A stretch of 64,000 nucleotides of DNA, taken from Lactobacillaceae bacterium (GTDB lineage Bacteria; Bacillota; Bacilli; Lactobacillales; Lactobacillaceae). The stretch is taken from assembly GCA_031289615.1 (NCBI GenBank), contig JAITPD010000033.1:12123-76122 (forward strand), in the 5' to 3' direction. A program made the position numbers and the translations under genes. Below the pieces are notes generated by a model. It worked only from the letters and a program-made list of their open reading frames with translations, was not told the origin of the DNA and did no database searches. This document shows, one piece after another, positions 38,209 to 46,123 of the stretch (within the stretch, counting starts at the first letter, position 1; every line of letters starts with the position of its first letter).

Positions 38209-41004
38209 ATGAAAATCAAAGATACATTGAACATCGGGAAGACTAAATTCCCAATGCGTGGAAATTTGCCCACGACTGAACTTCAACGTGAAAACGTGTG
38301 GTTTGAAAATAAAGTTTATGAGGCACGCCAAAAGTTAAATGAAGGTAAGCCAACGTTTATGTTGCATGATGGACCTCCATACGCCAACGGGAATATTCAT
38401 ATCGGACACGCAATGAATAAAATCTCTAAAGATATTATCGTGCGTTATAAGTCGATGAATGGATTCCGCGCGCCATACGTTCCTGGTTGGGATACGCATG
38501 GTTTACCAATCGAGCAACAGTTGACAAAGAAGGGTAAGGATCGCAAGACGGTTGGTCCTGTGATCTGGCGCAAGATGGCCGAAGAATTCGCACGTAAGCA
38601 AGTCAAGACGCAAATGGCTGACTTTAAGCGTTTGGGTGTTTCAGCAGATTGGGATCATCCTTATTTAACTTTGTTGCCAGAATTTGAAGCAGCACAAATC
38701 CGCGTCTTTAAAGAGATGGCGAACAAGGGTTACATTTACAAGGGTAAGAAGCCAGTCTTTTGGTCATGGTCTTCTGAATCAGCTTTGGCAATGTCAGAGA
38801 TTGAATACCATGATGTGACTTCGCCCACTGCTTTTTATGCCGAGCAAGTTAAAGATGGCAAGGGAAAGGTTGATTCTGACACGTATTTCGTAGTTTGGAC
38901 GACGACTCCTTGGACGATTCCTGGTTCGCGTGGAATCTCTGTTAATGCAAACTTCAAGTATTCACAAGTACAACCAGCTGACTCAGATAAAAAGTATTTG
39001 ATTGCGACTGAATTGTTGGCAAAAGATGCTGAGATGTTTGGCTGGGACGAATATGAAATCTTAAATGAATTTACTGGGCAAGAGCTTGAATACATGACAG
39101 CGCAACACCCATTTTATGATGATGTTGAATTGCTCGTGATGTTAGCTGATTTCGTAACGTTGGATGCCGGAACTGGGTTGGTTCACACGGCACCAGGCTT
39201 TGGTGAAGATGACTTCTTTGTTGGTCAGAAATATGGTATTGAAGTTGCGGTGCCAGTTGATTATCAAGGAAAGATGTTGCCAGAAGCTGGGGCTGACTTT
39301 GATGGATTGTTCTATGAAGATGCAAACGCTGTGGCTTTGGATAAGTTGGCTAAGCAAGGAGCATTGTTGAAGCAAGAAGACATTACCCACTCATATCCAT
39401 TTGACTGGCGGACGAAGAAGCCGGTGATTTATCGGGCAGTTCCGCAATGGTTTGCTTCAATTGAACCTTTCCGTGAGACATTGCTAAATGAGTTGGATCA
39501 AGTGACTTTTTCTCCTGAATGGGGTAAGAAGCGTTTGTACAATATGCTAAAGGACCGTGGCGACTGGGTCATTTCTCGTCAACGGGTCTGGGGTGTGCCA
39601 TTGCCAATTTTTTATGCTGAAGATGGAACGGCGATTTTGGAAGAAGAGACAATCGAACACGTTGCGCAGTTGTTTGCTGTGCATGGTTCGACGTATTGGT
39701 TTGAAAAAGAAGCTAAGGATCTTTTGCCAGAAGGTTATACAAATGAGCATTCGCCAAATGGAATCTTCACCAAAGAAACTGACATCATGGACGTCTGGTT
39801 TGATTCAGGAACTTCACATCAAGGAGTCATGGCAGCTCGTCCTGACTTGGAATTCCCAGCAGATTTGTATCTGGAAGGTTCAGACCAATATCGTGGATGG
39901 TTTAATTCATCATTGATTACTTCTGTCGCTGCGACAGGTCATGCGCCGTACAAGAGTATCCTTTCACAAGGGTTCACGTTGGACGGTAACGGCGAGAAGA
40001 TGTCAAAATCAATTGGAAACACGATTGAGCCTAATGAAGTCGTTAAGGAGATGGGGGCTGAAATTATTCGTTTGTGGGTAACTTCGGTTGATTCTTCACA
40101 AGATGTGCGGGTCTCAATGGATTTGTTGAAGCAAACTTCTGAAACTTACCGCAAGATTCGCAACACGATGCGCTTCTTGTTGGCCAATACGGCAGACTTT
40201 AATCCAGCTGAGGATGCAGTTGCTTATGCTGATTTGACGCCGGTTGATCAATATTTCTACGCGCTCTTTAATGAGTTGGTTAAGACTTTGAAGGCGAGCT
40301 ATGATCGTTATGATTTCCAAGCGGTGAACAAGGCAGTGATTAACTTTATCAACGTGGATTTGTCAGCGTTCTACCTTGATTTCAACAAGGATGTCTTGTA
40401 TGTCGAGGCGCCAAAGGGTCACTTGCGACGTTCAGCACAAACGGTTTTGTACAAGATTTTGGTGGACTTGAATAAGCTCTTGTTGCCAATTTTGCCTCAT
40501 ACGGCCGAAGAAGTCTTTGAGTATTTGCCAGCTAAAGATGGTGACTTTGCTTACTTGACTGAAATGGCGCAGGTTGAAGACTTGGGTGACACGACCACGT
40601 TGCTTGCAAATTGGACTAAGTTTATGGACGTCCGTGATGCGGTCAATAAGGCTTTGGAAGTGGCGCGTAATGAAGAGTTGATTGGTAAGCCGGCCGAAGC
40701 AGCGGTGACGTTGTATTTGACTGACGAACAAGCTACTTTGATTGATGCGCTTGATCAAGATGTGCGTGTAACATTGTTGGTTTCACAGTTGGCATTGAAG
40801 AATGTGGCTGAGGCTGACGGACAAGTTCCAGAATATGATGGATATAAGATTCTGGTGCAACATGCAGCTGGTGAAATGTCGCCACGGGATCGCATGTATC
40901 ACACGGATTTGGGTGCTGATGCTGATTTCCCAGAATTGTCAGCACATGAAGCAGAAATCATTCGTGAAAACTTCCCTGAGGCCTTGACTGAGGGATTAGA
41001 ATAA
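38209..41004 (+). CDS. ileS: Isoleucine--tRNA ligase
   Basis: ATG 38209. HIGH motif ([16 protein letters not shown]), KMSKS ([10 protein letters not shown]) and a CP1 editing domain. About 930 aa. Confidence 0.95.
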   Translation: MKIKDTLNIGKTKFPMRGNLPTTELQRENVWFENKVYEARQKLNEGKPTFMLHDGPPYANGNIHIGHAMNKISKDIIVRYKSMNGFRAPYVPGWDTHGLPIEQQLTKKGKDRKTVGPVIWRKMAEEFARKQVKTQMADFKRLGVSADWDHPYLTLLPEFEAAQIRVFKEMANKGYIYKGKKPVFWSWSSESALAMSEIEYHDVTSPTAFYAEQVKDGKGKVDSDTYFVVWTTTPWTIPGSRGISVNANFKYSQVQPADSDKKYLIATELLAKDAEMFGWDEYEILNEFTGQELEYMTAQHPFYDDVELLVMLADFVTLDAGTGLVHTAPGFGEDDFFVGQKYGIEVAVPVDYQGKMLPEAGADFDGLFYEDANAVALDKLAKQGALLKQEDITHSYPFDWRTKKPVIYRAVPQWFASIEPFRETLLNELDQVTFSPEWGKKRLYNMLKDRGDWVISRQRVWGVPLPIFYAEDGTAILEEETIEHVAQLFAVHGSTYWFEKEAKDLLPEGYTNEHSPNGIFTKETDIMDVWFDSGTSHQGVMAARPDLEFPADLYLEGSDQYRGWFNSSLITSVAATGHAPYKSILSQGFTLDGNGEKMSKSIGNTIEPNEVVKEMGAEIIRLWVTSVDSSQDVRVSMDLLKQTSETYRKIRNTMRFLLANTADFNPAEDAVAYADLTPVDQYFYALFNELVKTLKASYDRYDFQAVNKAVINFINVDLSAFYLDFNKDVLYVEAPKGHLRRSAQTVLYKILVDLNKLLLPILPHTAEEVFEYLPAKDGDFAYLTEMAQVEDLGDTTTLLANWTKFMDVRDAVNKALEVARNEELIGKPAEAAVTLYLTDEQATLIDALDQDVRVTLLVSQLALKNVAEADGQVPEYDGYKILVQHAAGEMSPRDRMYHTDLGADADFPELSAHEAEIIRENFPEALTEGLE

Positions 41005-41015
41005 AAAAATTTAAG

Positions 41016-41054
41016 GCAGATTCTCTTGATTGGTTGAGGGGATCTGCTTTTTTA
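41016..41054 (+). terminator. ileS rho-independent terminator
   Basis: GCAGATTCTCTT/GAGGGGATCTGC stem (with G-U pairs) followed by T6 (41048-41053). Confidence 0.7.
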
Positions 41055-41070
41055 TCGCTTGCAAAATGGA

Positions 41071-41121
41071 TTTATCGCTCGTTTTATCGCTCAAAAAACG
41101 AGCGATAAAGTGAGCGATAAA
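41071..41121. repeat. 22-bp-arm inverted repeat built from TTTATCGCT 9-mers (a fifth 9-mer lies at 41051-41059)
   Basis: TTTATCGCT occurs at 41051, 41071 and 41083 (+). AGCGATAAA occurs at 41101 and 41113. The arms TTTATCGCTCGTTTTATCGCTC / GAGCGATAAAGTGAGCGATAAA pair at 20 of 22 positions around the loop AAAAAAC. Confidence 0.9.
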
Positions 41122-41252
41122 TTTCTTTGCTAGATGTGGATGCTCATATAAGGATACTTCCAGAGCGAGGACCTCACAATCTTGTGAAAAAAATGATAAA
41201 ATGAATAAAAGCATCGCAAAATATTGCGTTCTTTTTGAGGAGGAATAAAATC

Positions 41253-41342
41253 ATGAGCAACGAGCAACGAGCAACGAGCAACGAGCAACGAGCAACGAGC
41301 AACGAGCAACGAGCAACGAGCAACGAGCAACGAATAATCTAA
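41253..41342 (+). CDS. Candidate 29-aa leader mini-ORF, M(SNEQRAT)3SNEQRII*, made almost entirely of the 7-nt repeat
   Basis: A strong SD GAGGAGG (41237-41243) sits 9 nt before ATG 41253. The frame is open through the repeat to TAA 41340-41342. Whether it is translated is inference. Confidence 0.4.
   Translation: MSNEQRATSNEQRATSNEQRATSNEQRII
41256..41332. repeat. Perfect heptanucleotide microsatellite, (AGCAACG) x 11
   Basis: 77 nt of uninterrupted 7-nt periodicity, counted by hand. It ends 81 nt upstream of the Type ISP start codon. Confidence 0.97.
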
Positions 41343-41413
41343 CTACCAATACATATTTGGTAGCTAGTGATATTTTAGCTACCAGTGTTACCGCAGAAAG
41401 TGCGGTGGCATAA

Positions 41414-44400
41414 ATGACTACTTTTAATGAATTAATTCATCAAATTAATGATACTGCTGGGGATGTTCAACGCGAACGTGGAACATTGTTTGAAAAACTC
41501 GTAGTCGCTTATTTAAAAAATGAGCCCACCTACAAGAATCTGTACACAGATGTTTGGATGCTAAGCGAGGTTCCTGCAGAATATGGAATTCCAAACAAAG
41601 ATACGGGTGTTGACATCGTTGCTCGCCAAAAGAATGGGGAGCTAACAGCTGTTCAAGCGAAGTTTTATGACCACAAAGTTGGTAAGGATCAAATTAATTC
41701 TTATGTGGCAGAACTTGGGAAGCATTACTATCAAAGTGGGATGATAGTTTCAACGGTTGACGATTGGAATAGCAATGCCCTTGAGACGATTAAAGATAAT
41801 GAAAAAAATATTGAAATAATTGGGTTGTCTGACTTACGAAATTCTCAAATTGATTGGTCGCAATTTACTTTTGAGCGGCCAGAACATGTCGTGGTAAAAA
41901 CTCACAAAACATTGCATGGCTATCAAGAAATAGCGTTGCAGAATGCACTTAAGCATTTTGAAGAACATGATCGCGGACAGTTAATCATGGCGCCGGGAAC
42001 TGGTAAAACTTTTACTAGTTTGAAAATCACAGAAGCATTGGCAAATAAAGCAGGTCGACAGTTTAAAGTATTGTATTTGGTTCCAAGTATTCAGTTGCTA
42101 AGTCAAACTTTGCGTGGTTGGAATAATGATACTGAGTTAACCATCACAAGCATGGCTGTTACATCAGATCGTGATGCATCACGTAATAACGATAATACAG
42201 AAGATATTAAGGGATCTGATATTGGGTACCCAGCGACGACTTCGACTCCCAAGTTGCTAGAGAATTGGGCTGATATTCAAAAGCAGAGCAAGCAGGATGA
42301 GCTGTTTGTTGTTTTTAGTACGTATCAAAGTATTGATGTAATTGGAAAAGCGCAGAAGCAAGGGTTCCCAGAGTTTGATTTCATTATTGCGGATGAAGCG
42401 CACCGAACAACTGGTGCTCATGAATCAAATCGCGAAGATAGTGCGTTTTCAAAAGTGCATGACAATGCGAACGTTCAAGGTGCTAAGCGGATGTACCAAA
42501 CAGCAACGCCAAAGATTTACGGTGAATCTGCTAAGAAAACCGCTAAAGAGAAGAGTATTCTGGTTTCTTCGATGGATGACGAAAGCAAGTATGGTGAAGT
42601 TTTTTATCGGATGGGGTTCGGGCAAGCGGTTTCTCATAACATTTTGACGGACTACAAAGTCATGGTGTTGGCCGTGGATGAGGCTGCGATTCAAAAAGAT
42701 ATGCAACGGACACTTGCTGATCCAGAAAACGGACTGAACATAGATGATGTTGGCCGAATTGTTGGGATTTGGAACGGGATGATGCGCCGAAATGGGTACA
42801 AAAATCCTGTTAAAAATAGTGCCTATGACGGAGCTCCTCTGGAACGCGCAATTGCCTTTACCCGGACAATTGCTGATTCAAAAAAAGTTTCGGATCAGTT
42901 CGTCAATGTTGTTAATGAATATTTGGGTGGAGACGAGGCGGAAGAACATGTTTCATTGGCGATGCGTCACGCTGATGGAACCATGAATGCTTTGCAAAAA
43001 GGTGAAATATTAGATTGGCTAGCTGACCCAAACAAGCCAGATGATGAAGCGCGAATTGTTTCAAATGTGCGTTTCCTAACTGAAGGAATTGATGTACCAA
43101 CTTTGGATGCGGTTATTTTCTTAGCGCCTAAAAAGTCTCAAGTCGATATTGTGCAAGCAGTTGGCCGAATCATGCGTAAGGCGCCAGACAAAGAATATGG
43201 CTATATTATTTTGCCGATTGTAATTCCGACTGACGAAACACCGGAATCAATTTTGGATAATAATAAAAATTATGAAGCGGTGTGGCAGGTCATCAATGCT
43301 TTGCGTTCAGTCGATGAACGTTTTGAAGCGATGATTGATAAGATTAATATCGCTAAGCCAAAGCAGTTAAAGGTGATTGGAATTGGTGGTGCGCCGAGTG
43401 AAATTAATGATCATGAAGGTACAGTTGGAGCTGGTGAAGAACCTAATAACGTGCAAACAGAGCTAAACCTTGAATGGGATAAGTTTGAGGGAGCTATTTA
43501 CGGAAAGATTGTTGAAAAGGTTGGCGACCGGAAGTATCTCGAAAATTGGTCGAAGGATGTTGCTAAGATTGCACAGCGTCAGATTGATTGGATTAAGACG
43601 AAGCTAACGGATAAGACAGACCCAATATCAGTTGAGTTCAAGAAGTTCGTGGCGTCATTGAAGCACAACATCAACGAAAGTATTGATGAGAATCAGGCAG
43701 CTGAAATGTTGTCACAGCATTTGATCACGAAACCAGTTTTTGAGGCACTGTTTGATGAGTATAGTTTTGTGAATAATAACCCAGTTTCTCAAGCAATGGA
43801 AACGATTATCGTAGAGCTTGAAAAGGCTGGCTTTGCGAAGGAACAAGAAAATCTGGAACCGTTGTATGAATCGGTGCGGATGCGAGCAGAAGGGGTTGAA
43901 AAGTCAGCGGATAAGCAAAAGATCATTGTGACCCTGTATGATAAGTTCTTTAGTACGGCCTTTAAGGAGACGACTGAACGGCTTGGAATTGTCTTTACGC
44001 CGGTTGAAGTGGTTGATTTCATTGTGCATTCAGTTGATGATGTCTTGAAGGAACACTTTGGTAAGTCTTTGGCGAGCGAAGGTGTGCACATTTTGGATCC
44101 GTTTACTGGAACGGGAACTTTTATCACGCGGACGTTGACTTATTTGAAGGAACAAATGGATGCCGGTGAGATTACCTTGGCGGATATTACGCGCAAGTAT
44201 TCGCAAGAGCTCCATGCCAATGAGATTGTGCTGTTGTCGTACTATATTGCGGCAATTAACATTGAGTCGACTTTTGATGAAATTTATGATGCTGATAATA
44301 CGACGTACTTCCCGTTTGAAGGAATTGTGTTGACGGATACGTTTGAGAGTACAGAAAATGAGGATACTTTGGATGATGCTTATTTTGGTACCAATGATGA

Positions 44401-46123
44401 ACGCTTGAAGCGCCAGCAGGAAGTGCCAATTACGGCGATTATTGGTAATCCACCGTATTCAAAGATAAAATCTTCAGCTAATGACTTCACGAGTATTCAA
44501 AATTACCCAATTTTAGATTTTAAAATTCAAAAAACATATGCAAAATATACAAATGCTAATTTAAAAAATTCGCTACAAGATTCGTATATAAGAGCAATAA
44601 GATGGAGTACCGATCGTATTGGTGATACTGGAGTGATTGCATTTATAACTAATAACGGGTATTTAGATTCCCCATCTTTGAATGGGGTTCGTAGAGTGTT
44701 GACAAAAGAATTTAATCACATTTATATTGTTGACCTCAAAGGTGCAGCTCGTGGTCTTAGTTCTGAATCTATAAAAAAACAAGGCAAAAATGTTTTTGAT
44801 ATTATGACTGGAGTAGCAGTAGTTGTGTTAGTCAAAGATGGTTCAGATAAACATATTGTTAATTACCATGATATAGGTGATGGCCTATCAAAAAAAGATA
44901 AATTTAACAGTTTATCTAGTAGTGATATTAGCAGTTTATCATTTAATAGAGTTATTTTAGACGAGAATGGTGATTGGATAAATCAAAGAGATAAAAACTA
45001 TGATATGTATTACTCATTAGGTGGTGAAGATAATAGCATTTTCCAAAATAAATTAGTAGGATTTAATACCAATAGAGATTTTTGGGCATTTAATTTTTCT
45101 GAATCAAATTTATCAGAAAACATTAAAAGAATGGTTAATAATTATAATTCAGAAATTAGTAGATTAGACAGCATAAATGAAACTCATGATAAGATAAACA
45201 ATTTAAATAATGATGAATCATTTATTTCATGGTCTCGTGGGTTGAAAAGAAAGTATGTTAAAGGTGAGCAATTATTCTTTAATGAAGGTAGCATTATGCT
45301 TACTCAAGCAAGACCCTTTACTAAAAAATATGTTTATTATGATAGAAATTTAGTTGAAATGCCGGGAAAATTTGATTCCGTTTTAGAAGATAACGGATTG
45401 TTGTTGTATACACCAGGTCCTGGAGGATCAAAAACATTTTCAGCATTAATTGCTAGAGGTCCTATAAATTTACAAGGATTTGGATTTGCTTCTAAAACAC
45501 AAACTTATCCTATTAAAATTAAAGGCTCAGGGTTAGTCGGTACAAGTGCTTATAATGTTACAGATTCAGCAAAGCAATATTTTGGATTACCAGATGAAAA
45601 TTTAATCTATTATTCGTATGCCGTTATGCATTCGTTGGAGTATGTTAACAAATATGAAGATGAATTATATAAAATAGTACCAAGGATTCCATTATTAAAA
45701 GATAAAGAAAAGTACGTTGAAATTGGTCGCCAACTTGCTGGCTTACATCTGAACTACGAAAATCAACCAAGGTGGGCTGGAGTTCAAGTGGAAATTACAG
45801 GTAGTGAGCCAAATTATCGTGTGAAGAAGATGAAACACCCTAAAAAAGGTGTACTGGATACGATTGTTTACAATGACAGCATCACTATAAAAAATATTCC
45901 GGAGTCAGCCTATGATTATGTCGTTAATGGACGTCCGGCGATTGAGTGGATTATTGATCAGTATCAAATCAAGACGGATAAAAAATCAGGTATAACTGAC
46001 GATCCAAATGAATTCAGCGATGATCCAAAGTATATTTTAAATCTGTTGCTGTCCGTGATCACGGTAAGTATGGAAACTAATGAGTTGGTTAGTCAGTTGC
46101 CAGAGTTTGAGGTGATAGAATGA
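41414..46123 (+). CDS. Type ISP restriction-modification enzyme (single polypeptide: Mrr-like nuclease, SF2 translocase, N6-adenine methyltransferase, target-recognition domain); LlaGI/LlaBIII-like
   Basis: PD-(D/E)xK core DTGVDIVA...AVQAK (~41603-41662). Walker A APGTGKT (~41989-42012). DEAH (42392-42403). TAT. VQAVGRIMR. SAM motif LDPFTGTGTF (~44093-44122). NPPY (44447-44458). Conserved C-terminal tail (..VVNGRPAIEWIIDQYQ..). 1569 aa. Confidence 0.85.
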   Translation: MTTFNELIHQINDTAGDVQRERGTLFEKLVVAYLKNEPTYKNLYTDVWMLSEVPAEYGIPNKDTGVDIVARQKNGELTAVQAKFYDHKVGKDQINSYVAELGKHYYQSGMIVSTVDDWNSNALETIKDNEKNIEIIGLSDLRNSQIDWSQFTFERPEHVVVKTHKTLHGYQEIALQNALKHFEEHDRGQLIMAPGTGKTFTSLKITEALANKAGRQFKVLYLVPSIQLLSQTLRGWNNDTELTITSMAVTSDRDASRNNDNTEDIKGSDIGYPATTSTPKLLENWADIQKQSKQDELFVVFSTYQSIDVIGKAQKQGFPEFDFIIADEAHRTTGAHESNREDSAFSKVHDNANVQGAKRMYQTATPKIYGESAKKTAKEKSILVSSMDDESKYGEVFYRMGFGQAVSHNILTDYKVMVLAVDEAAIQKDMQRTLADPENGLNIDDVGRIVGIWNGMMRRNGYKNPVKNSAYDGAPLERAIAFTRTIADSKKVSDQFVNVVNEYLGGDEAEEHVSLAMRHADGTMNALQKGEILDWLADPNKPDDEARIVSNVRFLTEGIDVPTLDAVIFLAPKKSQVDIVQAVGRIMRKAPDKEYGYIILPIVIPTDETPESILDNNKNYEAVWQVINALRSVDERFEAMIDKINIAKPKQLKVIGIGGAPSEINDHEGTVGAGEEPNNVQTELNLEWDKFEGAIYGKIVEKVGDRKYLENWSKDVAKIAQRQIDWIKTKLTDKTDPISVEFKKFVASLKHNINESIDENQAAEMLSQHLITKPVFEALFDEYSFVNNNPVSQAMETIIVELEKAGFAKEQENLEPLYESVRMRAEGVEKSADKQKIIVTLYDKFFSTAFKETTERLGIVFTPVEVVDFIVHSVDDVLKEHFGKSLASEGVHILDPFTGTGTFITRTLTYLKEQMDAGEITLADITRKYSQELHANEIVLLSYYIAAINIESTFDEIYDADNTTYFPFEGIVLTDTFESTENEDTLDDAYFGTNDERLKRQQEVPITAIIGNPPYSKIKSSANDFTSIQNYPILDFKIQKTYAKYTNANLKNSLQDSYIRAIRWSTDRIGDTGVIAFITNNGYLDSPSLNGVRRVLTKEFNHIYIVDLKGAARGLSSESIKKQGKNVFDIMTGVAVVVLVKDGSDKHIVNYHDIGDGLSKKDKFNSLSSSDISSLSFNRVILDENGDWINQRDKNYDMYYSLGGEDNSIFQNKLVGFNTNRDFWAFNFSESNLSENIKRMVNNYNSEISRLDSINETHDKINNLNNDESFISWSRGLKRKYVKGEQLFFNEGSIMLTQARPFTKKYVYYDRNLVEMPGKFDSVLEDNGLLLYTPGPGGSKTFSALIARGPINLQGFGFASKTQTYPIKIKGSGLVGTSAYNVTDSAKQYFGLPDENLIYYSYAVMHSLEYVNKYEDELYKIVPRIPLLKDKEKYVEIGRQLAGLHLNYENQPRWAGVQVEITGSEPNYRVKKMKHPKKGVLDTIVYNDSITIKNIPESAYDYVVNGRPAIEWIIDQYQIKTDKKSGITDDPNEFSDDPKYILNLLLSVITVSMETNELVSQLPEFEVIE

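Noticed and set aside
41011-41214. 67-aa minus-strand ORF
   Set aside because: It runs through the ileS terminator and the TTTATCGCT repeat array, which produces its FIAHFIARF.. repetition. There are no translation signals.
41130-41330. 66-aa minus-strand ORF encoding (LVARCSL)n
   Set aside because: It is the reverse reading of the 7-nt microsatellite and has no SD. The + strand has a strong GAGGAGG-ATG, so the + strand mini-ORF is the better reading. The repeat is also not a CRISPR array, because the units are 7 nt with no spacers.
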